Below, one piece after another: positions 1 through 9,691 of a stretch of DNA of 64,000 nucleotides (the first letter of the stretch is position 1; every line of letters starts with the position of its first letter). The translations under genes were made by a program, and so were the position numbers. The notes beneath the pieces are model-generated. The model was not told the origin of the DNA. It searched no databases and saw only the letters and a program-made list of their open reading frames with translations. Location of the stretch: contig CAZKMO010000001.1 in NCBI GenBank assembly GCA_964554015.1, positions 22,756 to 86,755 on the forward strand, written 5' to 3'. The stretch is from an uncultured bacterium (lineage in GTDB: Bacteria; Zhuqueibacterota; QNDG01; CAYUAG01).

Positions 1-722
1 GCAACGGCAGTCCCTGGGGATACCATACCGGCAATCTGGTGTATCATACAGACGGGGGCACCTGGGAGATCGTGGACTGGAAGCCCAAGCCTGGTTTTGC
101 TAATTTCAATCAGGTCATGGTCAGAATGTTTGTCACCATGTTTTATCAGCAGCTTTCAATTTATTTATTCGGAGGTCGAGGTCCCAAATTTAATCCCTAT
201 GGCGATCTTCCAAAAATAAATGCACCGTATACTGCTGAGGAAGACACCGTGTTTCACGACATGTGGCGGTGTAACACCCAGGACAGCTCCGTGACCCGGT
301 GTGCTGATTTACCCGTGGCCTTGACTAATGCAGCCGGTGTGCTTCTGGATGATGAATTCTATCTCTTTGGGGGCATGAAATCAGACAGTAGCCTCAGTGA
401 TGCACTGTACCGATATAAAATTGAAGATACCCAGATAGAAACTATGGATCAGACTCCAAATGTTTTCTGCCTGTATCCCAATTATCCCAATCCCTTCAAT
501 CCAAAAACCACCATACAATATGCGATTCCCAAAGCCGGTCGTGTTAGTCTGCGTGTGTTCGATCTACAGGGAAAACAGGTGAAATTATTAGTGAATCAAT
601 ATCAATCTCCAGGCAATCACAGCATCTCCTTCAATGGAAGTGAACTGCCCAGCGGAGTATATTTTTATAAGTTGGAAATAGGGAGACATACTCAAATCCG
701 CAAGATGTTGTTGATTAAATAA
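1..722 (+). CDS. Kelch-repeat protein with a T9SS (Por) C-terminal sorting domain. It is 5'-partial: the reading frame is open from the window edge.
   Basis: The frame is open from nt 3 with no upstream stop. Kelch-like motifs are present (YLFGGRGPKF, FYLFGGMKSD). The C-terminus LYPNYPNPFNPKTTIQYAIP...GVYFYKLEI is a typical T9SS CTD. Confidence 0.6.
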   Translation, partial: NGSPWGYHTGNLVYHTDGGTWEIVDWKPKPGFANFNQVMVRMFVTMFYQQLSIYLFGGRGPKFNPYGDLPKINAPYTAEEDTVFHDMWRCNTQDSSVTRCADLPVALTNAAGVLLDDEFYLFGGMKSDSSLSDALYRYKIEDTQIETMDQTPNVFCLYPNYPNPFNPKTTIQYAIPKAGRVSLRVFDLQGKQVKLLVNQYQSPGNHSISFNGSELPSGVYFYKLEIGRHTQIRKMLLIK

Positions 723-754
723 TTGTATATAATCAATATAATTGGAGTTAAAGG

Positions 755-1525
755 ATGAAAAAAAATATTACCTTTATAATATTGACAACCCTGCTATGCT
801 TTACCCTAACCGGATGCCCACCATCTCATAATACAGTAGAAAATAAGGATATTCTCTTTCAGTACTCCGCCCTGGGTTCTCTTCTGGCCGGAGTTTATGA
901 CGGGAACATTACTTTTGCTGAGTTAAAACAATATGGTGATTTTGGACTGGGAACCTTTAATGCTCTGGATGGGGAAATGATTGCAGTCGATCATCAGTTT
1001 TATCAAATCAAAGCAGACGGTATTGCCTATCAGGTTCCGGATGAGATGAAGGCGCCTTTCGCCGTGGTAACCTGGTTTGGAGCAGACCAGACAATTATCT
1101 CAGATACGCCCATGGACTGGGATCAGCTGCTAACCTATCTGGACAGTGTACTGCCCACTGAAAATATTCCTTTTGCCATTAAGATAGAAGGTACTTTTGA
1201 TTATATGAAAACCAGAAGTGTACCCAGACAAAACAAACCCTACCCTCGATTATTGGAGGTCCTGAAACAACAGCCTGTATTTGAATTTCACCAGATTGAA
1301 GGAGTCATGGCAGGATTCCGGCTACCGGAATATGTGCAGGGATTAAATGCATCCGGGTATCATTTTCATTTTATTACTAAAAATAGAGATGCAGGCGGAC
1401 ATGTACTGGATTGTAAGATCCAAAATATAAAAATTGAAATAGACTATACGGACCAATGGCACCTGGTATTCCCTGAAGATGAGGAATTTTATCATTTCAA
1501 TATGACAGCGGACAAATATCAATAA
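755..1525 (+). CDS. budA: Alpha-acetolactate decarboxylase family protein with a lipoprotein signal peptide (LTGC lipobox).
   Basis: An RBS GGAG lies upstream. The ALDC-family core FQYSALGSLLAGVYDG...FGLGTFNALDGEMI is present. The N-terminal hydrophobic segment ends in LTGC. Confidence 0.65.
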   Translation: MKKNITFIILTTLLCFTLTGCPPSHNTVENKDILFQYSALGSLLAGVYDGNITFAELKQYGDFGLGTFNALDGEMIAVDHQFYQIKADGIAYQVPDEMKAPFAVVTWFGADQTIISDTPMDWDQLLTYLDSVLPTENIPFAIKIEGTFDYMKTRSVPRQNKPYPRLLEVLKQQPVFEFHQIEGVMAGFRLPEYVQGLNASGYHFHFITKNRDAGGHVLDCKIQNIKIEIDYTDQWHLVFPEDEEFYHFNMTADKYQ

Positions 1526-1567
1526 TATTGATGTATAAAATTATAAATAAAAAATGGAGAATTAAGT

Positions 1568-2827
1568 ATGAAAGTACATTTATTTTTTCTGCTCATAGTA
1601 TCCTGTACACTAATGGTAAGCATGTGTTTTTCTCAAGCTGATGTTGCTTCCCAAATTACCCCGGAAGCCCTGGATGCCCGCATTGCCAAAATCCGGATGG
1701 GTGATATCATGGTTAAAACCAAACCCGATGCCGAGGTAAAGGTAAAACAGGTACGCCATGAATTTTTATTCGGTACTGCCATTACCGACAATCTGGCTGA
1801 AAAAGCCGGGAATGCCATGTCAGAGCAGGACAGAAAGATGTTTCTGAAAATTCTGGAAGAAAATTTCAACTATGCCGTACATGAGAACGCGTTGAAATGG
1901 TACGATACCGAAGTTGAATACAAAAAGGTGGATTATTACCTGGCGGACAGGATATATGAACTCTGTGAGGAACGTAATATACCTATGCGGGGTCACTGTG
2001 TATTTTGGGCTAAGGACAAGTACGCTATGCCCTGGCTGATGGAACTGGATAATGATGAACTCCGGGCTGCGGTAGTGCGCCGGGCAACCGATGTTGTAAA
2101 CCACTTTAAAGGCAGAATCGAAGAATTTGACCTGAATAACGAAATGATCAACGGCGATTTTTTCCGGCGCCGCTTAGGGTACGGCATTGTCAATGAAATG
2201 GCCTGGCTGGCAAAAGCGGCAAATCCGGAGGCTACATTATTTGTGAATGACTATGGAGTTCTGGTTGAAAACGGTTTTAATAAAAGCTCTTATATTACCC
2301 AGATCAAGAACCTGCTGGCAAATGGAGTGCCTATCGACGGGATCGGTTGTCAGGCTCATTTTGTTACTTCTGATAAAAATAATTCCGGTCCCAGAGCCAG
2401 TACCACATCCCGGCATGTGCAGGAAACTCTGAATGAGCTGGCCCAATTCAATCTGCCCATTAAAATCACCGAGTTTCTGGTTATTGCAGATACCGAAGAA
2501 GGAAAAGCCGAGGAACTGCGCCGATTTTTCCGGCTCTGTTTTGCTCATCCCAGTGTAGAAGCCATTATCATATGGGGCTTCTGGGAAGTGGGCCACTGGG
2601 TTCCGGAATCAGCCCTGTGGAAAAAAGACTGGACTCCCACCCAGCAGGCTCTGGCTTACCGCGACCTGGTATTCAAGCAATGGTGGACTGAAGTTTCCGG
2701 AAAAGCAGATAAAGAAGGCTTTTACCGAACCCGTGCTTTTTACGGCGACTATGAAATCACCTGTGAGGGGAAAACCAAAAAAGTAACCCTGAGTAAAAAA
2801 GAAAAATCCATAGAAGTCAGTTTTTAA
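1568..2827 (+). CDS. Glycoside hydrolase family 10-like protein (endo-1,4-beta-xylanase-like), secreted.
   Basis: There is a signal peptide. A GH10-type motif FNYAVHENALKWYDTE is present. The catalytic-type pairs NEM (FDLNNEMING) and ITEF (PIKITEFLV) are present. Confidence 0.6.
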   Translation: MKVHLFFLLIVSCTLMVSMCFSQADVASQITPEALDARIAKIRMGDIMVKTKPDAEVKVKQVRHEFLFGTAITDNLAEKAGNAMSEQDRKMFLKILEENFNYAVHENALKWYDTEVEYKKVDYYLADRIYELCEERNIPMRGHCVFWAKDKYAMPWLMELDNDELRAAVVRRATDVVNHFKGRIEEFDLNNEMINGDFFRRRLGYGIVNEMAWLAKAANPEATLFVNDYGVLVENGFNKSSYITQIKNLLANGVPIDGIGCQAHFVTSDKNNSGPRASTTSRHVQETLNELAQFNLPIKITEFLVIADTEEGKAEELRRFFRLCFAHPSVEAIIIWGFWEVGHWVPESALWKKDWTPTQQALAYRDLVFKQWWTEVSGKADKEGFYRTRAFYGDYEITCEGKTKKVTLSKKEKSIEVSF

Positions 2828-2861
2828 TAATTAATATTAAATGGAGGTTAAGATTACTGTC

Positions 2862-4751
2862 ATGAAGATTTATCTTAAAAAAATATTGCCTTTTAGTATG
2901 ATACTCTTTATAGGAATCTTTGTTACTTTAATTTACGCCGGGAACTCATCGGATGTTCATGTATGGGAGATGCAGGAGATTTTTCTGAAGGCAGAAAACA
3001 ATTACCAGAATTATTATAGGGATGTGCTGTGCTGGGTGGATCTTCAGGGACCCGATTTTTCCCATAGAATTTATGGTTTCTGGAATGGGGATAATGTATT
3101 TGTGGTGCGAGTGGTTGCCACTGAACCCGGTAAGTGGACCTGGAAAAGCGGCTCCAATCAGAAAAATGATATGGGGTTGAACCATCAAACCGGAGAATTT
3201 CAGGCGGTTGCCTGGACTGAAAAGGAAAAAAAGGACAATCCCAACCGCCGGGGCTTTATCCGTTCTATCCCTAATGGTCATGCTCTACAGTATGCGGACG
3301 GAACTCCTTTTTTTCTTATAGGCGATACTTGGCTGGCCGGAACTACCTGGCGGCTTCCCTTCCGAGGAGCTGCCGCTGCAGAAAATTATGAACCATCTCC
3401 GGGAATCGGTTTTGAGGATGCAGTGGCTTATCGTAAGAGGCAGGGATATAATTCGGTAAGCATGATTGCCTGTTTTCCCAATTGGGAATCGGATTGTTAT
3501 CCCAGCACCTATGCGGATTCTAACGGCATTTATTTGCGTAATGCCTGGGAAAAATTCGGTTACTATACCCAGGAAGGAAAGCTGACCGCCAAAAATATGC
3601 GGGATGAATACGGGAATCTGCCTTTCGCCATGTCAAAGAAGCATAAGGGAGTTGCTGATTTCAACCATATCAATCCTGAGTATTTCAAAAGTCTGGATAA
3701 AAAAATGCAGTACCTGTCCGAGCAGGGATTTGTCCCCCTGCTGGAAACAGTGAGAAGGGATAACTGTCCGGCCTGGAAAGCCTACTTTGATTTCAATGAG
3801 TCGTATGCCCGCTATGTACAATATCTCATTTCCCGATACGGTGCCTATAATATAATTTTTAGCGGGATTCATCTGGACTGGATCCCTAAAGAATACAGTC
3901 TGACTGCGGATGAATTCAATGAAGCCTTGACCTATCACTTAAAAAAATATGGCCCCCTGCCCTTTGGACAGCCCCATACCACCTTAATAAATAATTCCAC
4001 CTTTACCCAGTTCGGACATGCTGCAGACTGCCCCTGGCTCACCATGCACAGCGTAGGCAATAAACCCCGGGACCACCGTATTGCTGATTCTCTTCAGGTC
4101 CTCTTTCATCTTGATCCCCCCTACCCTGCCATTAATTTCGAACCTTATTATACGGGCTGGGACCATGAAATAAACAGGCCTAATGGTGAACGTCCCCCGG
4201 CAAATTCCCCCCGGGATAACTATTTCTCCCGGGCCCAGATGTACGGCTCGATTCTTTCCGGAGGACTTTCCGGGCATGTGCACGGCACTGGGGCTTACGA
4301 TATTACCACCACCGGTGAACCTGATGGTATGCGTCCGCATATCTGGGATGCTTTGAAATTCAAATCAGGGCAGTATATGCAGCATCTAAGTTCATTTGTT
4401 CTATCCCAGGGAGATACATATCAGCAGCTCCAGCCCTGTCCGGAAAATCTGCACCCGGAAAAAACTCCCCCCTATCCGGAAAAGGGCCTGGACGGGCGCT
4501 CCTATATGATGTGCACTCCTGAAAAAAATTTTGCCCTTCTTTATTTTGAAAATAAATCCTTGCTTCCCACCTTGAGCGGTCTTAAACCGGAAACCTCATA
4601 TACATTTCAATGGTATAACCCCCGCAATGGTAAGTGGGAAGAAAGTATGATAATTATGACTGATGGAGAAGGAACATTGGAACTGCCGCCCTTTCCTGAC
4701 GGACAAAATCCATCTGTCTCTGACTGGGCCGCAAAAATTTGCAATCATTAA
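2862..4751 (+). CDS. Putative glycoside hydrolase with DUF5060 N-terminal and DUF4038 catalytic-like domains (GH5/GH140-like). It has a signal/TM N-terminus.
   Basis: A GGAGG RBS lies about 15 nt upstream of ATG 2862; the ORF track's earlier in-frame start at 2841 is less likely. The sequence IYGFWNGDNVFVVRVVATEPGKWTWKSG is DUF5060-like. The sequence YADGTPFFLIGDTWLAG is DUF4038-like. Confidence 0.5.
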   Translation: MKIYLKKILPFSMILFIGIFVTLIYAGNSSDVHVWEMQEIFLKAENNYQNYYRDVLCWVDLQGPDFSHRIYGFWNGDNVFVVRVVATEPGKWTWKSGSNQKNDMGLNHQTGEFQAVAWTEKEKKDNPNRRGFIRSIPNGHALQYADGTPFFLIGDTWLAGTTWRLPFRGAAAAENYEPSPGIGFEDAVAYRKRQGYNSVSMIACFPNWESDCYPSTYADSNGIYLRNAWEKFGYYTQEGKLTAKNMRDEYGNLPFAMSKKHKGVADFNHINPEYFKSLDKKMQYLSEQGFVPLLETVRRDNCPAWKAYFDFNESYARYVQYLISRYGAYNIIFSGIHLDWIPKEYSLTADEFNEALTYHLKKYGPLPFGQPHTTLINNSTFTQFGHAADCPWLTMHSVGNKPRDHRIADSLQVLFHLDPPYPAINFEPYYTGWDHEINRPNGERPPANSPRDNYFSRAQMYGSILSGGLSGHVHGTGAYDITTTGEPDGMRPHIWDALKFKSGQYMQHLSSFVLSQGDTYQQLQPCPENLHPEKTPPYPEKGLDGRSYMMCTPEKNFALLYFENKSLLPTLSGLKPETSYTFQWYNPRNGKWEESMIIMTDGEGTLELPPFPDGQNPSVSDWAAKICNH

Positions 4752-4861
4752 GGTTAACCTGAATAAAATTATTAATAAACAGAGTATGCATACAAATATA
4801 TATAATTCATAATGGAAGTAAGTATATATAGTTTAGAAATTAAAAGGAATATTTCCGTATA

Positions 4862-5701
4862 ATGAAAGCCTGGTCCAATATTGAAGTTTCATCCCAGGAC
4901 TTAGAAATAAAAAAAATAAATGAATTCGAGAAAACCCTGGGGGAGATACCAGCTCAAGTTCGGCAGATTCGTGCGTTGATAACCAGATTTGAGATATGTC
5001 ACTTTAAATATCAGCAGCATTTAAAAAAAATCAAAGATTCAATTACCAACTTAGAACCGGCCCTAAATCCTGATAAAATAGGTGAACATCATATCCAAAA
5101 GGGAGAAAATGCCTGGAAAAAGGATAAAACCGGACGCAGTCTGCTGGGTCAGCAATATCTGTGGTCATTAATTAATTGGCTGGGAGATGATCCTGAAGTA
5201 ACCAAAAAGCATAATTATAAAAAGGATCTTAGTCAAAAAATTAAGCAATGGCTGGGAGATAAAAACCCTGATAAGCAAAGATTAGTCCGTTTATTAATAG
5301 CCAGATTGACCTGGGACTGGAATTCCTATGAAAAACTGCGGTCCGGGGGGCAAAATAAGGAACTTGAATTCCAAGCCTGCAGAATGGACATATGTCATCA
5401 TGCTTTTCCGGAACATCTCAATTCTTTGCTGCAGGCAATGGGAGTAATGAAACCGTTTAAAAATTTTGCGGGATGTGGAACCTATAATGAGGAAATCAAA
5501 AAAAATATTAAAAAGGAATTATCACAATTGTTCACTAGGTTGAAATCTAAAACCCTATCTCCTAAAAATAATACTTTGAATCGGAAAGAACACCTGGAAA
5601 CCTGGCTGTTAGCTTGTCTGGTAAAAACCATGAAAGAACAAATTGGGCTGACCAAATCTTTACCTGGATATTTTCGAGTAAAAGGAGGTATAAAAAAATG
5701 A
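4862..5701 (+). CDS. Hypothetical Lys-rich protein of 279 aa with no recognisable domain.
   Basis: This is a long ORF in a compact operon context. Its 3' end overlaps the GH88/105 gene start. There is no signal peptide. Confidence 0.35.
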   Translation: MKAWSNIEVSSQDLEIKKINEFEKTLGEIPAQVRQIRALITRFEICHFKYQQHLKKIKDSITNLEPALNPDKIGEHHIQKGENAWKKDKTGRSLLGQQYLWSLINWLGDDPEVTKKHNYKKDLSQKIKQWLGDKNPDKQRLVRLLIARLTWDWNSYEKLRSGGQNKELEFQACRMDICHHAFPEHLNSLLQAMGVMKPFKNFAGCGTYNEEIKKNIKKELSQLFTRLKSKTLSPKNNTLNRKEHLETWLLACLVKTMKEQIGLTKSLPGYFRVKGGIKK

Positions 5702-6822
5702 ATATAAAAAAACTAGTGGGTAATATGAGGGTCTTCTGTTTCTACCTCTTATTAATAATATTTTCAGCCGGATTCTTTGGGTGCAAAGAATCCAGTTCAT
5801 GGGAAAATAAAATTTTGAGAACCAAAGACACTTCACCTGAGACAATCGGAAGAATGGTCATTAATGATTTGTTGAATAGACCAGATTTAATGATGTATGT
5901 AACCGATTTCTGGACCGGCGTTCATTATGCGGAAGCCTGTGCCGGCTTCGGGGCAGCCCGGTTAGCCGGTCTTTTAAAGGACTCGCATAGTATGGACAGA
6001 TTGACTGCCCGCTACAACAAAGTAATCCAAGACAGTCTGGTAAAGGATGCAAATCATGTGGACGCCAATGTATACGGCATACTGCCGCTGGAATTGTACC
6101 TGCAAACCGGTCAGGAAAAATTCCTGCAGCAGGGGCTTGCTCTGGCTGACCAACAGTGGGAAGACACCCTGTCCAATGGACTGACCAGCCAGGTGCGTTA
6201 CTGGATCGATGATGTCTGGATGATCGGCAGTCTGCAGGTTCAGGCCTACCGAGTTACAGATAATGAAAAATATCTGGAAAGAGCTGCTAAAACTGTGGAA
6301 TCCTATCTTGAAAAATTACAGCAGCCCAATGGTTTGTTTTACCATGGAGAAAACGCTCCTTTTTTCTGGGGAAGAGGAAACGGCTGGGTGGCGGCAGGAA
6401 TGGCTGAACTTTTATCCCAACTGCCGGAAAGCAATCCCCATTATGCCTCCATTGTATCAGGCTATCAAAAAATGATGCATGCCTTACTGGAATATCAGGC
6501 TGACGATGGCATGTGGCGGCAGTTGATCGATAAAAAAGAGGCCTGGAAAGAGACCTCCTCCACTGCCATGTTTGGCTATGCTGTAACCGTGGGGGTTAAA
6601 AAGGGTATTTTATCCGACTCCACCTTTACTCCGGTGTATGAGAAAGCCTGGAAGGCCTTGACAGGATATATCAATCCACAGGGAAAAGTGACCAATGTCT
6701 GTGTAGGTACGGGTAAAAACAATAATATGGATTATTATCTCAATCGTCCCCGTACCACCGGGGATCTGCACGGTCAGGCTCCGGTACTCTGGTTTGCTTA
6801 TAGTCTGTTAGCCGAATATTAA
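5698..6822 (+). CDS. Glycosyl hydrolase family 88/105-like protein (unsaturated glucuronyl/rhamnogalacturonyl hydrolase-like), secreted.
   Basis: ATG 5698 is preceded by AAAGGAGG, so the ORF-track start at 5614 is likely too long. There is a signal peptide. The motifs WIDDVWMIG and GRGNGWVAAGMAEL are typical of the YteR/UGL fold. Confidence 0.55.
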   Translation: MNIKKLVGNMRVFCFYLLLIIFSAGFFGCKESSSWENKILRTKDTSPETIGRMVINDLLNRPDLMMYVTDFWTGVHYAEACAGFGAARLAGLLKDSHSMDRLTARYNKVIQDSLVKDANHVDANVYGILPLELYLQTGQEKFLQQGLALADQQWEDTLSNGLTSQVRYWIDDVWMIGSLQVQAYRVTDNEKYLERAAKTVESYLEKLQQPNGLFYHGENAPFFWGRGNGWVAAGMAELLSQLPESNPHYASIVSGYQKMMHALLEYQADDGMWRQLIDKKEAWKETSSTAMFGYAVTVGVKKGILSDSTFTPVYEKAWKALTGYINPQGKVTNVCVGTGKNNNMDYYLNRPRTTGDLHGQAPVLWFAYSLLAEY

Positions 6823-6860
6823 ATTCTGAACTGTAATAATAAATAAAAGGGGAAATATAA

Positions 6861-7082
6861 ATGCTGTGTCCAAAATGCGGGCAGGAAAATCCTGATAATG
6901 CCGGGCAATGTTCGAATTGTTTCTATAAATTCAGATTCGGAAACGCCTTTAATGATCCCAAGAATATGACCTTTGTCACCCCTGGTAAATCAAAAGAATC
7001 AAAAATTGCCCAATATATATTTTTCTCAATACTGTTATTCCTATTTATTTTAATTATAGTATCATGGATTAAATCTCTTTAA
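6861..7082 (+). CDS. Small zinc-ribbon membrane protein.
   Basis: A CPKCG...CSNC zinc ribbon is followed by a C-terminal TM helix (FFSILLFLFILIIVSWI). A GGGGA RBS is present. Confidence 0.45.
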   Translation: MLCPKCGQENPDNAGQCSNCFYKFRFGNAFNDPKNMTFVTPGKSKESKIAQYIFFSILLFLFILIIVSWIKSL

Positions 7083-7176
7083 ATCATCACATACTGATCA
7101 AAATAAACATGAGTAATATATTATACGTAGTTTTGGTACAATTATTATATAAAAACTAAAAAACATATCATTTATT

Positions 7177-7680
7177 ATGAAAAATTTTATAATAAAAACA
7201 GCTAGCAATTTCAACGACGCTATAATTATTTCTCAACATATCTCAGATATATGGAAAGATAAGGTTGATCATGACTACTATATGAAAATGTATAATCATA
7301 TTACAAAATTTAGGGAAGGATATCTTATAGGATACTTGACACATAAGCCGGTGGCTTCTTCCCTGGCCTTTCCCATAGGCCGCATACCCAGTTTGGAGGA
7401 AATTAACCAGGGAAATATATTTGACTTTTTCGATAAGCAGGCAAAATATTACTACATTCATATTATACAGGTTATAGATACTATGAGAAATAAAGGATTT
7501 GGTATTAAATTATTAAGATATCAGATCAATACGGCTCAAAAAAATAAATACAAGGAAATCGTTGGTATGGCAATTGATCGAGAGTTAGCATTATGGAAAA
7601 AATGCGGCTTCAGAGATTTCGGTGAATTCGGAATCTATAAACATTACGGAAGAATGAAATGGGTGAAGATGCCGATATAA
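7177..7680 (+). CDS. GNAT-like N-acetyltransferase (divergent).
   Basis: A Gly-rich segment before an acetyl-CoA-binding-like region (NKGFGIKLL...KCGF) is present. The gene is adjacent to a clear GNAT paralog. Confidence 0.4.
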   Translation: MKNFIIKTASNFNDAIIISQHISDIWKDKVDHDYYMKMYNHITKFREGYLIGYLTHKPVASSLAFPIGRIPSLEEINQGNIFDFFDKQAKYYYIHIIQVIDTMRNKGFGIKLLRYQINTAQKNKYKEIVGMAIDRELALWKKCGFRDFGEFGIYKHYGRMKWVKMPI

Positions 7681-7737
7681 ACCACTACTAAAAATAATAA
7701 AATTAAAAAAATATCATTAAGGAGCAACTTATACATT

Positions 7738-8259
7738 ATGACTCTTTGCACAAAAGTTCAAAATAATCCTCAAATAGAAACAGTGGCTCGTTTAGCCAAA
7801 ATAATCTGGACAGAACATTTCAATGAAATGATCGGACCGGAAGCCGTTGCCTACATGATCGAAACCTTCCAGTCGAAACCGGCAATAATCAAACAAATAA
7901 AAGAACAGGGCTATACCTACTATTTGATACAGCCTGGCCAGAAAGCAATCGGCTATGCAGGGATCTGTTTGAATAAAGAAAAGGATGAACTGTTTGTAAG
8001 TAAATTGTATTTGCTTTCCTCCCAGCGGGGAAAGGGGTATGGAAAGCAGGTAATGCAGTTTCTGGAAAATATGGCCAGAAAACATCAAGTCAGTAAAATC
8101 AGTTTAACCGTCTATCATAAAAATACAACTGCTATTCAGGCTTATAAAAAAATGGGATTCCGGCACACCGGCTCCATTAAACGTGATATTGGCAAGAATA
8201 TTATAATCCATGATTATACTATGGAAAAACAAATTCTATCAGAGGAAAGTATTAAATAA
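7738..8259 (+). CDS. GNAT family N-acetyltransferase.
   Basis: The motif QRGKGYGKQVMQFLENMA...AIQAYKKMGF is a classic GNAT motif A/B. Confidence 0.7.
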   Translation: MTLCTKVQNNPQIETVARLAKIIWTEHFNEMIGPEAVAYMIETFQSKPAIIKQIKEQGYTYYLIQPGQKAIGYAGICLNKEKDELFVSKLYLLSSQRGKGYGKQVMQFLENMARKHQVSKISLTVYHKNTTAIQAYKKMGFRHTGSIKRDIGKNIIIHDYTMEKQILSEESIK

Positions 8260-8356
8260 AAATATTCACCCTTCAGAACTGATGAGTAAAAGTAGAGTTT
8301 AATCTTATATCCGAATTAAATATATTCATTTTTACAAGGAGTAAATTATAAAACTT

Positions 8357-9679
8357 ATGACTCAAAAATATAACCATAATATTACCGCAACGGAAACAGA
8401 AAAAATTATGCAAGTTTCTGCCCGGGAGGTATTAAGTAACCTTGAGAATCAAAATGTAAAAATCATCGACGTCCGCTCAGTTAATGCCTACAATGGGTGG
8501 AGGGAACAAAACGAGGTTCGAGGCGGGCATATTAAAGGAGCCAAAAGCCTGCCTGCCAAATGGACAGAATATATAGACTGGATTGAAATAGTACGCTCTA
8601 AAAACATCTCTCCCCGGCATTCCCTAATTATATACGGCTATGATAAGGGCAAGACCGAAAAAGTTGCTCAGCTTTTTCAACGGTCAGGATATAAAAAAAT
8701 AAAAGTGTTTCAAAATTTTGTTCAGGAATGGAGTTCTAATGAAGACTATCCTATGCAAAGATTAGCCCGATACCGCCATTTAGTATCAGCTAAATGGCTC
8801 CATCAACTTATCAACGAAGGAACAGCCCCGGAATTTGATAACCAAAAATATGTACTCTGTCATGCCCATTACCGCCATAAGGAAGACTACCGGAAAGGGC
8901 ATATCCCGGGTGCAGTCGATGTTGATACCAATACCCTGGAATCAACTGAGACCTGGAACCGCCGTTCTCCCCAGGAAATTAAAAAAACTTTGGAAAATTT
9001 GGGTATAAGTCATGATACAGCCGTAATTTTATACGGAAGATTCTCTTTCCCTGACAGCCAGGATGCTTTTCCAGGCAGCAGTTCAGGACATCTGGCAGCT
9101 TTTCGCAGTGCTTTTATTATGCTGTATGCAGGAGTACGGGATATACGCATACTTAACGGGGGCTTGCAATCCTGGTTAGATGAGAAGTTTGACCTTTCCA
9201 CCCAAGAAGTAAAGAAACAACCAGTTTCAGAATTTGGCATAGAAATTCCTGCTCACCCGGAATATGCCGTTGGCTTGGCTGAGGCAAAAGAAATTTTACA
9301 AGCCAAAAACAAAAATCTGGTATGTATGCGAAGCTGGCGGGAGTATATCGGAGAGGTAAGTGGTTATAATTATATTGAAAAAAAGGGAAGAATACCCGGG
9401 GCTGTTTTTGCCAACTGCGGCAGCGATTCCTATCATATGGAAAACTACAGGAATCCTGATCACACTACCCGGGAATATCATGAAATAGAGGAAAATTGGG
9501 CAGAAGCAGGAATAACTTCTGACAAGTTCAATGCCTTTTATTGCGGTACCGGATGGAGGGGGAGTGAAGCTTTTTTTAATGCCTGGTTTATGGAGTGGCC
9601 ATCCATAGCCTTATTTGACGGGGGATGGTTTGAATGGAGCAACAATAATTATCCCTTTGAAACCGGAATTCCCGAATAA
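8357..9679 (+). CDS. eanB: Rhodanese-domain sulfurtransferase. It is a candidate EanB-type hercynine sulfurtransferase of the anaerobic ergothioneine pathway.
   Basis: Multiple rhodanese-like modules are present. A C-terminal active-site loop FYCGTGWRGSE (Cys-X5-Arg type) is present. The gene is immediately followed by an EgtD-like methyltransferase. Confidence 0.55.
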   Translation: MTQKYNHNITATETEKIMQVSAREVLSNLENQNVKIIDVRSVNAYNGWREQNEVRGGHIKGAKSLPAKWTEYIDWIEIVRSKNISPRHSLIIYGYDKGKTEKVAQLFQRSGYKKIKVFQNFVQEWSSNEDYPMQRLARYRHLVSAKWLHQLINEGTAPEFDNQKYVLCHAHYRHKEDYRKGHIPGAVDVDTNTLESTETWNRRSPQEIKKTLENLGISHDTAVILYGRFSFPDSQDAFPGSSSGHLAAFRSAFIMLYAGVRDIRILNGGLQSWLDEKFDLSTQEVKKQPVSEFGIEIPAHPEYAVGLAEAKEILQAKNKNLVCMRSWREYIGEVSGYNYIEKKGRIPGAVFANCGSDSYHMENYRNPDHTTREYHEIEENWAEAGITSDKFNAFYCGTGWRGSEAFFNAWFMEWPSIALFDGGWFEWSNNNYPFETGIPE

Positions 9680-9691
9680 AAAAAGGTAACA

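Noticed and set aside
1633-2596. Several minus-strand ORFs of 61-119 aa inside the GH10-like gene.
   Set aside because: They are antisense to a CDS with clear GH10 motifs. Their translations have no recognisable features.
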